Below, piece after piece: positions 44,764 through 55,204 of a stretch of DNA of 64,000 bases (positions are counted from its first letter, which is position 1; each line of letters opens with the position of its first letter). The stretch comes from Faecousia sp. (GTDB lineage Bacteria; Bacillota; Clostridia; Oscillospirales; Oscillospiraceae). The stretch covers positions 335 to 64,334 of the forward strand of contig JAZNZO010000098.1 of the NCBI GenBank assembly GCA_045594945.1. The letters run 5' to 3'. The notes beneath the pieces are model-generated. The model was given only the letters and a program-made list of their open reading frames with translations. It did no database searches and was not told where the DNA came from. A program made the translations under genes and the position numbers.

Positions 44764-45642
44764 TTACAACGCGCTCTTTTGTTTGATGTTTTTGAAGTTT
44801 CCGTAGGTTTCGTTGACCAACTCAAAATAGGCGAAGGTATCGCTGTATTTGGAGAGGATTTTTTGGAAGTCATTTAACTGGTGCTTGTTGATCACGCAGA
44901 TCAGCACCGTTTTTTGATTGTGGGTATAAGAACCGGTTGCTTCAATTTCTGTGCAGCCGTGCCGGAGGGAACAGGTGATTTCCTCAATGATTTCTTCTTT
45001 GTGGGAAGTAATGACGGTGAATTTATAGGCAGTCTTGGTGCTTTTCAGCATCAGGTTGCCAACAAATGTGGAAATGAAGCAGTATATTACGCACAAAGCA
45101 GCAGGCTTGTAATTCAGTGCGCCATCGGAGTATACAAAGATGGAGCAGATGGCAACGATGCCGTTAAGGATAAAGGTTACGGCAAAGAAATTGGTTTCCG
45201 GCCGTATTTTGTTGATATACCGGGAAACGATATCCGTTCCGCCGGTGGATGCGTTATTGCGGAAACAAATGCCATAGACCACACCGGCGCACACGCCACT
45301 GAGAATTACAGGGTAAATGGTGTCGTGACCCAAAGCATTATACTGAATGAATGTGGGATTTATATGCTGCAAAAGCAAAAAAGAGAAGGAATACACCAGA
45401 GAGAATAGTAGCGTTTTCACGGCAAAGTCCTTCTGCACAAGAAAATAGGCTGCCGTTGCCAAAGGAATATTAATGAGCAAGGACATATAACTGATGCTGA
45501 AGCCTGTTTTGTGCTGGATCATTGTGGCAATGCCGTTTAGCCCTGCCGGCGCAAAGCTGTTTTGGATGATGAATATGTAATAGACAAAAGCGAGTCCCAC
45601 TGCGCTAAGCGCTATTTGCAAGTAATTCCACAGTTTTTTCAC
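44764..45642 (-). CDS. YitT family membrane protein (DUF2179 C-terminal domain)
   Basis: NSFAPAGLNGIATMIQ and GGTDIVSRYI motifs. The start is set at GTG 45642, 8 nt after AAAGGGG, because ATG 45687 lies upstream of a TGcTATAAT box (45670-45675). Confidence 0.65.
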   Translation of the reverse strand: MKKLWNYLQIALSAVGLAFVYYIFIIQNSFAPAGLNGIATMIQHKTGFSISYMSLLINIPLATAAYFLVQKDFAVKTLLFSLVYSFSFLLLQHINPTFIQYNALGHDTIYPVILSGVCAGVVYGICFRNNASTGGTDIVSRYINKIRPETNFFAVTFILNGIVAICSIFVYSDGALNYKPAALCVIYCFISTFVGNLMLKSTKTAYKFTVITSHKEEIIEEITCSLRHGCTEIEATGSYTHNQKTVLICVINKHQLNDFQKILSKYSDTFAYFELVNETYGNFKNIKQKSAL

Positions 45643-45785
45643 GGTATCCACCCCTTTCACTGCGGGGAAATTATAGCACTTATCCACAAGAACCGCAAGA
45701 GGTATTTCCTAACATTTATCTTGTTTCCCCTGCCAATTCGTGGTATAGTAAAAGTATGGAAAAACAAAAAGAAAGGATGACGGCT

Positions 45786-46508
45786 ATGATAAAGTATGAA
45801 ATTGAAGGCGGCAATCTGCCGGTGGTTATTTGCTATCCTGAAGAAGGGCAGACCCTCTGCACCGAAAGCGGCGCTATGAGCTGGATGTCTCCCAATATGC
45901 AAATGGACACCAACACCGGTGGGGGACTGAAGAAAATGTTTGGCAGAATGTTTTCCGGAGAATCCCTCTTTTTGAATGAGTACACAGCCCAGGGTGGCCG
46001 GGGGCTGATCGCCTTTGCGGCGTCCTTCCCCGGCAGTATTATCCCTTATGAAGTGACTCCGGGAAACGGTATCATTGTGCAAAAACGGGGCTTTTTGGCT
46101 ATGGAAAAGGGCCTGGAGCTTTCTGTTTATTTCCAAAAGAAGATGAGCAAGGGCTTCTTTGGCGGCGAAGGCTTTATTATGCAGCGCATCACCGGCAATG
46201 GTATGGTGTTTTTAGAAATCGACGGCTACTGCAAGGTGTATGACCTGAAGATGGGACAGAGCATCGTGGTGGACACCGGGTATCTTGCAGCCATGAGCGA
46301 AAGCTGTACGATGGATGTGCAAACAGTACAGGGGGCAAAGAATATCTTCCTGGGCGGCGAAGGTTTGTTCCATACCCGCATTACCGGTCCCGGCAAGGTG
46401 TATATTCAGTCTATGCCGGTGATCAATACGGCTCAGCGGCTGACTCCCTACTTAAACATCAATAACGACAATGACGGTGGCGGAATTAACATCCGCCTGG
46501 GAGAGTAA
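45786..46508 (+). CDS. TIGR00266/AIM24-like (DUF124) family protein
   Basis: MIKYEIEGGNLPVVICYPEEGQTLCTESGAMSWMS is typical of the family N-terminus. Confidence 0.6.
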   Translation: MIKYEIEGGNLPVVICYPEEGQTLCTESGAMSWMSPNMQMDTNTGGGLKKMFGRMFSGESLFLNEYTAQGGRGLIAFAASFPGSIIPYEVTPGNGIIVQKRGFLAMEKGLELSVYFQKKMSKGFFGGEGFIMQRITGNGMVFLEIDGYCKVYDLKMGQSIVVDTGYLAAMSESCTMDVQTVQGAKNIFLGGEGLFHTRITGPGKVYIQSMPVINTAQRLTPYLNINNDNDGGGINIRLGE

Positions 46509-46557
46509 CCGTACAGACCTGGGTTTTATTGTTCCCGTCTCCAACAAGGAAATTTAG

Positions 46558-46587
46558 GAAGGCACTGCGCAAAGCAGTGCCTTTTTC
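46558..46587 (+). terminator. Intrinsic terminator
   Basis: aggcactgc-gcaaa-gcagtgcct followed by tttt. Confidence 0.8.
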
Positions 46588-46664
46588 CAATATTTACAAA
46601 TTATTGAGGATTTATTAAAGTTTAGGGTGGTATAATGAGGACAAACCAACCAAGGAGGTATGGT

Positions 46665-48125
46665 ATGAAGCGGTTAAAAATCTTTGTTGGGGTAACGGTT
46701 TTGTGTCTTCTTTTTGCCGCTTGTGAAAAATCACCGGAAGAAGTACCGGTGGCCCAGGTCGTTACCGATGTTACAATAAGCGATGAGGCAATCTGTGTAA
46801 ACGGTGTGCCTGTGGAAGAAAATTCCCAGGGCGCTGTGACGGTGGCAAGGGATATTGTCTATTACCAGGAAGGCAAGGGAATTGCTTACGGCGAAGGCAC
46901 AGAAGAAGATGCCCACAGCGAGGAGGAAGCAGCATCTTATCAGGTAGTCCACATTACACGGCCCGGCACTTACCGCCTTTGCGGCACACTTTCCAAGGGA
47001 CAAATTGCGGTGGACCTGGGCAAAGATGCACAGGATGACCCCAAAGCGGTGGTGACGCTGATTTTAGATGGGGTAGATATTACCTGCCAGGTAGCTCCGG
47101 CAATTATCTTCTACAATGTTTATGAGTGTGCAGAGAAAGAAAATGCCACGAAGGATGTGGATACTTCTGCTGCCGGTGCCAATGTGATTATAGCAGACGG
47201 AAGCGTAAACAATATCAGTGGTTCCTATGTGGCAAAGATTTATAAACCGGAAAGTGTTGTTTTGAGCGAAGATGGCACCCAGGTGGAGGAAAGTAAAAAA
47301 CTCCACAAGTATGATGGGGCCTTTTATTCCAAAATGTCTATCAATATAGATGGGGAAGAGAAGGGCTCAGGTTTGCTGAACATCCGGGCAGAAAATGAGG
47401 GACTGGACAGCGAAATGCATTTGAGCGTCAATGGCGGCAATATAAACATCTATTCCGGCAATGACGGCATTAACACCAATGAAGACGGCGTTTCCGTCAC
47501 CACCGTCAATGGCGGCAATTTGACAATTACTGTTACCGGAGAAACAGGAGAAGGGGACGGCATCGACTCCAATGGCTGGCTGGTCATCAACGGCGGCACA
47601 GTGATTGCCTCTGCCTGTGCCAATAGCGCCGATGCCGGCATTGATTCGGATATGGGTATTCATATCAATGGCGGTACGGTAATTGCGGGGGGCAGTATGT
47701 TAGACCGGATTGAAGCCGGCGGACAGCCCTATGCCCTGTTCTCTTTGGGAAAAAGACAGGAAGGCGATGATGCCTTTACCATAAAGAAGGAAGATGGCAC
47801 AGTTCTTGCTGCGTTCAATCTGCCCAATGCCTTCTCTGTTTTGATTTACAGCAGCCCTGCGTTGAGTGGAGAAAACCATACACTTTGGCAAGAGGACACC
47901 CAAATTGCCCAGCAAGGCGGTATGATGGGTGGCCCCGGAGGTGTGGGTCCTGGCGGCATGGGACGCCCGGACGGTATGGAACGTCCTCAAAATCCCGATG
48001 GCCATCCGTTTCCCGAGGGGATGACACCCCCGGATGGATTTGTGCCGCCGGAAGGGGGCGGGTTCCCCTTCCCGGAAGGCGGGGATATGCCGAAAGGACC
48101 GGAAAACGGATTTTCTGAAGCATAA
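46665..48125 (+). CDS. Lipoprotein with beta-helix carbohydrate-binding-like repeats (Cthe_2159-like) and Gly/Pro/Met-rich tail
   Basis: Lipobox LLFAAC. Repeated NGGN(I/L)xI...G(N)DGI(D/N)(S/T) units appear four times. The C-terminus is GGMMGGPGGVGPGGMGRPDGMERPQNPDGHPFPEGMTPPDGFVPPEGGGFPFPEGG. Confidence 0.5.
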   Translation: MKRLKIFVGVTVLCLLFAACEKSPEEVPVAQVVTDVTISDEAICVNGVPVEENSQGAVTVARDIVYYQEGKGIAYGEGTEEDAHSEEEAASYQVVHITRPGTYRLCGTLSKGQIAVDLGKDAQDDPKAVVTLILDGVDITCQVAPAIIFYNVYECAEKENATKDVDTSAAGANVIIADGSVNNISGSYVAKIYKPESVVLSEDGTQVEESKKLHKYDGAFYSKMSINIDGEEKGSGLLNIRAENEGLDSEMHLSVNGGNINIYSGNDGINTNEDGVSVTTVNGGNLTITVTGETGEGDGIDSNGWLVINGGTVIASACANSADAGIDSDMGIHINGGTVIAGGSMLDRIEAGGQPYALFSLGKRQEGDDAFTIKKEDGTVLAAFNLPNAFSVLIYSSPALSGENHTLWQEDTQIAQQGGMMGGPGGVGPGGMGRPDGMERPQNPDGHPFPEGMTPPDGFVPPEGGGFPFPEGGDMPKGPENGFSEA

Positions 48126-48153
48126 CAGAGAAAAACCGACCTATAGCCAACAA

Positions 48154-48184
48154 TAATCCCCGGTGGAAACCATCCACCGGGGAT
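48154..48184. terminator. Bidirectional terminator
   Basis: aatccccggtgga-aacca-tccaccggggatt. Confidence 0.8.
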
Positions 48185-48188
48185 TGCT

Positions 48189-49355
48189 TTATTTTTGAAG
48201 GAGTTCTTCGTAGAGGGCGAAAGCGCGGTTTGCGATGGCTTCCGAGCCAAAGCGCTTGGCGACGGCGCGAAGGGCGGCTTCGTCAAAGCTGTCACGGCGG
48301 TCATACATCGCCTTAATGGCTCTTGCCAGGTCTTCCGGGTTTTCAAATTCGCACATTTCTGCACAGGAACGATCCAGGAAGGTCTCCGGGCCATAGCACT
48401 TGGTGCAAACCACCGGCACACCGGCAGCCAGGGCTTCCAAAGCAGGGATGCCGAAGGTTTCAAAGTTGGAAGCGATCACCAAAGTGTCTGTATGGGTCAG
48501 GTATTCGGCGGCTTCAGCGGGGTCTTTTCTGCCGACAAATTTCACACAGTCGGTCATCTCAAGGTCGATGGCGGCCTGCTTATAGAAGGCTTCTGTCTGC
48601 CCATCACCAATGACAGTAAACTCGAACTTGCCAATTTCGTCCCGGTCCCGGAGCAGTTTTAAGGCCTTGATGGTATCGTCTACGCATTTGCCGGGCCGCA
48701 GGGCAGACACGGTGAGCAGCCTGTAAACGCCGTCATTGCGTAGAGCCCGGGGCTTTTCAAAGGCGGCGGTATCCACCACATTGGGAAGCAGTTCCGAGTC
48801 AGTGCCATACTTATCCCGGAGCATATTCTGCAAATAGGTGCTGACACAGGTGACTTTGGCATTCTGCGCCACAAACCGGGAGAATTCTTTGCCCTCGGGC
48901 TTAGCCCAGGGGGAGTAGGCGTGTTCCGTTACCAAAACAGGGATGCCGTATTTTTTACCAATCCGGGCGGCAGCATAGCCTGCCGGCACGGCTACGTGGG
49001 CGTGGAGGACATCCGGCTTGCCTTCTTTTTTTACATATTCCAGGAAGGCCTTTTCCATCACTTTGGCATAGACCTTGGTCTGCCACTTGAAGCTGACCTT
49101 GACCCGGCTGAGCATTTTGCGGGCATAAACGGTATAGCCTTCGCATTTTTCCTCGTACCGCTTTTTCATAAAGGGGTACTGGGGCAGCTGCTTAATGCCT
49201 ACCCGGTCCACATACAGCATATTTACTTTTGCCTTTCCGGTTTCGGCCAGGACTTTGCAAAAGGTTTTATGATAGATGCCGATGAGTTTGTCACGCCCGT
49301 TGGGATACCAAGTGGGAATGACAAGCACGTGGCGTTTTTCATTCATATGTTGCAC
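48189..49355 (-). CDS. Glycosyltransferase family 4 (GT-B, retaining)
   Basis: C-terminal EX7E-type region NFETFGIPALEALAAGVPVV. 388 aa. Confidence 0.75.
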   Translation of the reverse strand: MQHMNEKRHVLVIPTWYPNGRDKLIGIYHKTFCKVLAETGKAKVNMLYVDRVGIKQLPQYPFMKKRYEEKCEGYTVYARKMLSRVKVSFKWQTKVYAKVMEKAFLEYVKKEGKPDVLHAHVAVPAGYAAARIGKKYGIPVLVTEHAYSPWAKPEGKEFSRFVAQNAKVTCVSTYLQNMLRDKYGTDSELLPNVVDTAAFEKPRALRNDGVYRLLTVSALRPGKCVDDTIKALKLLRDRDEIGKFEFTVIGDGQTEAFYKQAAIDLEMTDCVKFVGRKDPAEAAEYLTHTDTLVIASNFETFGIPALEALAAGVPVVCTKCYGPETFLDRSCAEMCEFENPEDLARAIKAMYDRRDSFDEAALRAVAKRFGSEAIANRAFALYEELLQK

Positions 49356-49365
49356 CTTCCCTCCG

Positions 49366-50577
49366 TTAGCCGCCCTTCACCCGGGCTTCGATACGCTTTT
49401 TTGCATAGGCCATATCGTCATAAATATCTTTGGATACGGCTTCCAAATGGCCGTTTTCATAGGCAGACATAGCATCCAAAAGCCGCACCACCTGCAAGGA
49501 GTCCTCTGTGGAAACGGAGAACAGGGGGGTGTAGGAGTAGCCTGTAATTTTGGTTTCGCCGGTGGCGGCAAATTTGGTGATTTCCAAATCCAGGAGGATA
49601 GAATATTCCGTGCCTGCCACTGTAGCGTCGGAAAGGAAGTCACCCAGGCTGTAGGCCAAAAACTGGCCGGTTTGTTCGTTCAGTTCCAGTTTCTGCACAT
49701 AATGGGGATGGGTTCCGATGATGGCATCCACCCCGCGCCCCTGGAGAAGTTTGACGATGGACTTTTGGGTGGAACTGATATTATCGTTAAACTCGCTGCC
49801 CCAGTGTACAAGGGCAACAACCAGATCCGGCATTTCCCGGTCGATATCATCCAGGATGGCATTGATGCCGTCGGCGTTGATTTTCTGATAGGTGCTGTCG
49901 TAATCTTCGTACAGCAGGTTTACGCAGTCTTCATTGCCGGAAAGCAAAGACATACCGTTGAGCCCCTTGGTGAAGGCCACTACTGCAATCTTTACCCCTT
50001 GCACCTGGAACAGGGAGAAGCCCCGCTTTTCCCGGAACTGCTTGGTGTCTTTGAATACGCCCACCGGCTCCAGGCCTGCGGCGGCAGCGCTGTCAATGGT
50101 GGCGTGAAGACCGCTGGGCCCCCGGCTGTTGGAGAAGGAGTTTGCAAGCTGCACCATATCCAAACCTGCTTTCTGTAAGGCGTAGGCCAAGGTTTGGGGG
50201 GCAGAACCGGTGGCAGCGCCGTAGGGAGCGCCTGCCAAGTTGCCTTCCAAGTTCAGGGTGCTTAAATCCGCATTTGCCAGCAGAGGGGCCACATCCCTAA
50301 ATACATCTTCATAGCCCCGCTGCCCCACAGAAATCAGTTTGTCTGTAATATTCAGGTCGCCGCCTGCTACAAAGTGGAGGATTGTATCTTCTCCCACCAC
50401 CGGCTCCGGAGGGGCTTCCTCTTCTTTAGAACAACTGGGAATCAGGAGAATAATGCCCACAATCAGCCCAATGCCGGCAAGCATAAGGCCAATACGCCAA
50501 ATCCACTTTCTGCGGGCGGCGGCCTTTGCCTTTTTCAGCGCCCGTGCCTGTTTGCGGCGAACGGCATCTTGTTCCAT
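49366..50577 (-). CDS. CapA family protein (PGA_cap metallophosphatase-like), membrane-anchored
   Basis: N-terminal TM anchor. LHFVAGGDLNI, VVALVHWGSEF and AIIGTHPHYVQ motifs. Confidence 0.7.
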   Translation of the reverse strand: MEQDAVRRKQARALKKAKAAARRKWIWRIGLMLAGIGLIVGIILLIPSCSKEEEAPPEPVVGEDTILHFVAGGDLNITDKLISVGQRGYEDVFRDVAPLLANADLSTLNLEGNLAGAPYGAATGSAPQTLAYALQKAGLDMVQLANSFSNSRGPSGLHATIDSAAAAGLEPVGVFKDTKQFREKRGFSLFQVQGVKIAVVAFTKGLNGMSLLSGNEDCVNLLYEDYDSTYQKINADGINAILDDIDREMPDLVVALVHWGSEFNDNISSTQKSIVKLLQGRGVDAIIGTHPHYVQKLELNEQTGQFLAYSLGDFLSDATVAGTEYSILLDLEITKFAATGETKITGYSYTPLFSVSTEDSLQVVRLLDAMSAYENGHLEAVSKDIYDDMAYAKKRIEARVKGG

Positions 50578-50727
50578 AAGACCCCTCCTTTCTGTTTTTA
50601 TTCTACACTATAATACTATAATTCCCCGGAATTCTCAAGGGGGAAATTTGGGCAATACTTTCCTGTGCAGCGTTGCTCTTTACAATCCTTTTTTTATGGG
50701 GTAAAATGGGAAAAAGGAGGTGTGCAG

Positions 50728-51648
50728 ATGGATAAACCGGTTGTTGGCCGATTTGCGCCTACCCCGTCGGGGCGGATGCATCTTGGCAACGTATTTGCTG
50801 CATTGGCAGCCTGGCTGTCTGTGCGCAAACAGGATGGGCAGATGGTTCTTCGTATGGAGGACTTGGATACCCAACGGACGAGCAGTGCGTATGCAGATAT
50901 TTTAATGGAGGATCTTGCCTGGCTGGGGCTGGATTTTGATATTGTCACGCCACCGCAAAGCACGCGCACCCCGGTCTATGACCGCTACTTTGCAAGTTTG
51001 CAGGAAAAGGACCTGCTGTATCCCTGCTACTGCACCCGCAGTCAACTGCATAGCGTAAATGCACCCCATCTATCCGATGGTACTTATGTATATCCCGGAA
51101 CTTGCCGAAACCTGACAGCGCAGGAAAGGGCCGCTTTTGGAAGAGCCCCTGCCTGGCGGGTAAAAGTGCCGGACAAAGTTTGGCAGTTACAGGACTATGC
51201 CCAGGGGGAATACAAAGAAAATCTTGCCACCGACTGCGGAGATTTCGTGGTCCGCCGGGCTGACGGCGCTTATGTGTACCAGTTGGCGGTGACGGTGGAC
51301 GATGGAGAAGCAGGGGTCACAGAGGTGGTCAGAGGGGCGGATTTATTGAGTTCTGCCCCCCGGCAAATGTACTTGCAAAGCCTTTTTGGATTTCCCCATC
51401 CCAAGTACGGCCACGTGCCAATGCTCTTAGCGCCCGACGGCAGACGGCTGAGCAAGCGGGATCGGGATTTGGATTTGGGGGCGCTGCGAACCCGGTTTGC
51501 GGCCCCGGAACTTTTAGGCTTGCTTTCCTATAGTGCAGGCCTTATAGAGCAAAATACCCCCATCAGCCTGCAGGAACTGATCTGCGTTTTCTCCTGGGAA
51601 AAACTCCAAAAGGATGCAATTTACCTGGATAACGGACTTTTTGAATAA
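50728..51648 (+). CDS. gluQ: tRNA glutamyl-Q(34) synthetase
   Basis: GRFAPTPSGRMHLGN (HIGH-like), VLRMEDLD, RLSKR (KMSKS-like). The truncated GluRS size (306 aa) fits. AGGAGG lies 7 nt before ATG 50728. Confidence 0.85.
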   Translation: MDKPVVGRFAPTPSGRMHLGNVFAALAAWLSVRKQDGQMVLRMEDLDTQRTSSAYADILMEDLAWLGLDFDIVTPPQSTRTPVYDRYFASLQEKDLLYPCYCTRSQLHSVNAPHLSDGTYVYPGTCRNLTAQERAAFGRAPAWRVKVPDKVWQLQDYAQGEYKENLATDCGDFVVRRADGAYVYQLAVTVDDGEAGVTEVVRGADLLSSAPRQMYLQSLFGFPHPKYGHVPMLLAPDGRRLSKRDRDLDLGALRTRFAAPELLGLLSYSAGLIEQNTPISLQELICVFSWEKLQKDAIYLDNGLFE

Positions 51649-51763
51649 AACGGAATGGTAAAATTTGGCTCTTTTTACCAATTTCCGCGCCCCGGCTTGC
51701 TTTTTCCTTTTTTCAAGGTATAATGAAGGTGAGCAAACCCTGCTCTACAAAGGAGGACAATGT

Positions 51764-52693
51764 ATGTCTAAGAAACCTGTTTTGGTAGTGATGGCAGCCG
51801 GTATGGGAAGCCGATACGGCGGCCTGAAGCAGATCGACCCTGTGGGCAGCCAGGGGGAAGCCATTTTAGACTACTCTTTGTTTGATGCCTATGAGGCCGG
51901 TTTCCGGACCGCTGTGATTATTATTAAGGAAGCCATCCGGGCAGACTTTATGGCCACCGTTGGAAAACGGCTGGAAAAATGCCCTATGGAAATCCGTTAT
52001 GCCTATCAGGAACTCTATAAAATTCCCGAGGGCTTTACTGTCCCTGATGAACGCACGAAGCCCTGGGGCACCAGCCATGCCGTTTGGTGTGCCAGAGAGG
52101 AAATCGGGGATGCGCCCTTTGCAGTACTGAACGCCGACGACTACTACGGCAAGGATGCCTATAAGGTTATTTATGAATACCTGTGCAGTGGCGGCGACGG
52201 GGAAAAATATGACTACTGTATGGTAGGCTACGACCTGGGCAATACTGTTACAGACAATGGCTCTGTGGCAAGAGGTATTTGCGCTGCCAACGAAGAAGGA
52301 TATCTGACGGACGTGGTGGAGCGGACGAGGATTGAAAAGTACGAAGGCGGTATTCACTTCACAGAAGACGACGGCAAGACCTGGACTGATGTAAGCGCCG
52401 ATACCCCCGTTTCCATGAATATGTGGGGCTTCACACCCAGTTTTATCCAGGAAATCGACGCCCGTTTCCCGGACTTTTTGGCAAATGATGTGCCTAAAAA
52501 TCCTGCCAAGGCAGAGTATTTCCTGCCCCGGACAGTGGGAGATCTTCTGGCAGAACAGAAGGCAAGGGTAAAAGTGCTGCGTTCCCGGGACCGCTGGTTT
52601 GGCGTAACCTATGCGGCAGATAAGCCTATGGTTGTAGCCGCACTGAAGCAAATGCAGGAGCAAGGTTTGTACCCTGACGGACTTTGGAAATAA
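51764..52693 (+). CDS. Sugar-phosphate nucleotidyltransferase family protein
   Basis: LVVMAAGMGSRYGGLKQ (GxGxR signature). AGGAGG lies before ATG 51764. Confidence 0.65.
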   Translation: MSKKPVLVVMAAGMGSRYGGLKQIDPVGSQGEAILDYSLFDAYEAGFRTAVIIIKEAIRADFMATVGKRLEKCPMEIRYAYQELYKIPEGFTVPDERTKPWGTSHAVWCAREEIGDAPFAVLNADDYYGKDAYKVIYEYLCSGGDGEKYDYCMVGYDLGNTVTDNGSVARGICAANEEGYLTDVVERTRIEKYEGGIHFTEDDGKTWTDVSADTPVSMNMWGFTPSFIQEIDARFPDFLANDVPKNPAKAEYFLPRTVGDLLAEQKARVKVLRSRDRWFGVTYAADKPMVVAALKQMQEQGLYPDGLWK

Positions 52694-52695
52694 TT

Positions 52696-52723
52696 AAAAA
52701 GGAGGGCGCTGCCCTCCTTTTTT
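52696..52723 (+). terminator. Intrinsic terminator
   Basis: aaaaaggagggc-gct-gccctcctttttt. Confidence 0.85.
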
Positions 52724-52735
52724 GAAGGAGATTTT

Positions 52736-53497
52736 ATGCTGTTTGACACGCACGCTCACTTGAATGACCCGGCCTTTGATGCGGACCGGGAAGAAATATT
52801 GAAAAATCTGCCGGGTGAAGGCATCGGCTACGTGATGAATGCGGGCTGCAGTCTGGCCTCTTCCCGGGATATTGTTGCTATGGCAGAGCGCATCCCCTAT
52901 TTGTACGCGTCTGTTGGCTCCCATCCGGATTCCTGCGACGAAGTGAACCAGGAGGTTTTGGAACAGTTCCGGTGCTTATGCTCCCACGAAAAAGTGAAGG
53001 CGATCGGCGAGATCGGCCTGGATTACCACTATGAAGATATCCCCCGGGATATCCAGAAAAAAGCGTTCCGGATGCAGATGGAACTTGCCCGGGAAGTAGA
53101 TTTGCCGGTGATTGTCCACGAACGGGATGCCCACGAAGACGGAATGAAGATTGTTACGGAGTTTCCCCAGGTGAAGGGGGTATTTCACTGCTTCTCCGGG
53201 GCAAAGGAAATGGCAAAATGGCTGGTAAAACGGGACTGGATGATTGGCTTTACCGGCGCGCTGACCTTTAAGAATGCCCGCAAGGCCATTGAGTCGGCCC
53301 AGGCCATTCCCATTGAGAATATCGTCATTGAAACGGACTGCCCTTTTATGGCGCCGGAGCCTTACCGGGGAAAGCGGAATTATCCCGGCTATCTGGGCAG
53401 GATGGCGGATAAATTGGCAGAAATCAAAGGCATCACCCGAGAAGAAGTGGAGTATATTACTACACAAAATGCCAAACGGCTTTACCGAATTGACTAA
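52736..53497 (+). CDS. tatD: TatD family metal-dependent hydrolase
   Basis: MLFDTHAHLND, GEIGLDYHY, VIVHERDA and ETDCPFMAP motifs. Confidence 0.9.
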   Translation: MLFDTHAHLNDPAFDADREEILKNLPGEGIGYVMNAGCSLASSRDIVAMAERIPYLYASVGSHPDSCDEVNQEVLEQFRCLCSHEKVKAIGEIGLDYHYEDIPRDIQKKAFRMQMELAREVDLPVIVHERDAHEDGMKIVTEFPQVKGVFHCFSGAKEMAKWLVKRDWMIGFTGALTFKNARKAIESAQAIPIENIVIETDCPFMAPEPYRGKRNYPGYLGRMADKLAEIKGITREEVEYITTQNAKRLYRID

Positions 53498-53622
53498 AAA
53501 GGGGGCTCTTTTCCGGAAAAAGTGGGGCATACCACCAAAAACCGGGAAAAATGATTGACATAGAGTAAAGAAAGTGCTATTCTTTATTTCAGTACAGAAA
53601 TACCGAAAAGGAGACTATACAT

Positions 53623-54243
53623 ATGGATATGACTTTGGAATCTTGCCGTAAGTTTGTGGAAGTGCTGGCTTCCGATGCGCCCGCCCCCGGTGGCGGCGGC
53701 GCAGCAGCTCTGGTTGGTGCCATTGGTACTGCCCTGGGCAATATGGTAGGCAGCCTGACTGTCGGCAAGAAGAAATATGCAGAAGTGGAAGCAGAGATTA
53801 TTGCCCTGAAGGCAAAATGTGATGCTTTGCAAACCGAACTGCTCAATCAGGTAGAGGCTGACGATATCGGCTTTGTGCCTCTGGCTAAGGCCTATGGCAT
53901 TCCCAAGGACGATCCCAACCGGGATGCAATCCTGGAAGAAGCCACCATCACCGCCTGTGCAGTGCCGATGCACATTATGGAACTGTGCTGTGAAGCCATT
54001 GGCTACATCAAGGTATTTGCCGATAAGGGCAGCCGTCTGGCTGTTTCCGATGCCGGCTGCGGCGCTGTTTGCTGCAAGGCTGCTTTGCAGGCCGCATCTT
54101 TGAACGTGTTTATCAACACCAAGTCTTTGAAGAACCGGGAAGTGGCAGAGGAAATGAACGCCAAGGCAAACGGTATGCTGAGTACCTACTGCGCACTGGC
54201 TGATGAGATTTTCAATACTGTCAAGGCCGGTTTCGGTCAATAA
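53623..54243 (+). CDS. fchA: Cyclodeaminase/cyclohydrolase family protein (methenyl-THF cyclohydrolase FchA-like)
   Basis: FVEVLASDAPAPGGGGAAALVGAIGTALGNMV is characteristic of the FTCD_C fold. It is adjacent to folD. Confidence 0.75.
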   Translation: MDMTLESCRKFVEVLASDAPAPGGGGAAALVGAIGTALGNMVGSLTVGKKKYAEVEAEIIALKAKCDALQTELLNQVEADDIGFVPLAKAYGIPKDDPNRDAILEEATITACAVPMHIMELCCEAIGYIKVFADKGSRLAVSDAGCGAVCCKAALQAASLNVFINTKSLKNREVAEEMNAKANGMLSTYCALADEIFNTVKAGFGQ

Positions 54244-54256
54244 GGAGGATATACAT

Positions 54257-55132
54257 ATGGCAAAACTGTTACTGGGCAAAGAAGTTACCGATGCATTGAA
54301 TGCAAATTTGCAGGAGCGCACTGCTGCCCTGCGCGCCAAGGGCGTAGAGCCTACTTTGGCTATTATCCGTTGCGGTGAAGATCCCAGCGACCTGTCCTAT
54401 GAGCGGGGCGCAACCAAGCGGGCTGAACTGGTAGGCGTGAAGGTTGTGAATTTCCTTCTGCCTGCAGATGTAGATAAGGATACCCTGATTGCGACCATTG
54501 AAAAGATCAACGCGGATGATTCCATTCACGGCGTGCTGATGTTCCGCCCTCTGCCCAAGCACCTGAAGGCAGACCAGAATGAGATCTGCAACAAGCTCGA
54601 TCCCAAGAAGGATATGGACTGTATGACCCATATGTCCAACGCCGGTGTGTTTGAAGGCCTGGATCTGGGCTATGCTCCCTGTACCCCCGCTGCTTGTATG
54701 GAAATCCTGGATTTCTACGGCATTGACTGCAAGGGCAAGAATGCCGTCGTGATTGGCCGCAGCCTGGTGGTTGGCAAGCCTGCCGCTATGATGCTGATGG
54801 GCAAGAATGCCACCGTTACCGTTTGCCACACCAAGACGGTAAACACCGCTGAAATCTGCCGGAATGCAGATATCATTATTTCTGCCGCCGGTGTACTGAA
54901 TTCTCTGACTGCTGATTTTGTTCGTCCCGGCCAGACCGTTATCGACGTGTCCATCAACTGGGATGCCAATAAGCCCAATGCAAAGGGCGGCCTGGGTGCT
55001 ATTGCCGGTGACGCCTGCTTCAACGAAGTGGAAGCCATTGTGGATGCCATTACCCCTGTTCCCGGCGGTGTTGGCTCTGTTACCACTTCCGTGCTGATGA
55101 AGCACGTGGTTGAGGCTGCGGAGAAAGTTTAA
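54257..55132 (+). CDS. folD: Bifunctional methylene-THF dehydrogenase / methenyl-THF cyclohydrolase
   Basis: PTLAIIRCGEDPSDLSYERG, VVIGRSLVVGKPAAMML and PVPGGVGSVT motifs. AAGGAGG lies before ATG 54257. Confidence 0.9.
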   Translation: MAKLLLGKEVTDALNANLQERTAALRAKGVEPTLAIIRCGEDPSDLSYERGATKRAELVGVKVVNFLLPADVDKDTLIATIEKINADDSIHGVLMFRPLPKHLKADQNEICNKLDPKKDMDCMTHMSNAGVFEGLDLGYAPCTPAACMEILDFYGIDCKGKNAVVIGRSLVVGKPAAMMLMGKNATVTVCHTKTVNTAEICRNADIIISAAGVLNSLTADFVRPGQTVIDVSINWDANKPNAKGGLGAIAGDACFNEVEAIVDAITPVPGGVGSVTTSVLMKHVVEAAEKV

Positions 55133-55204
55133 TAGGTGCCTGCATAACTGACGGATTTGGGGGCTTACCCCAGGGGAGTGCAGGTGTTTGAAAGCCGACC
55201 GTCT

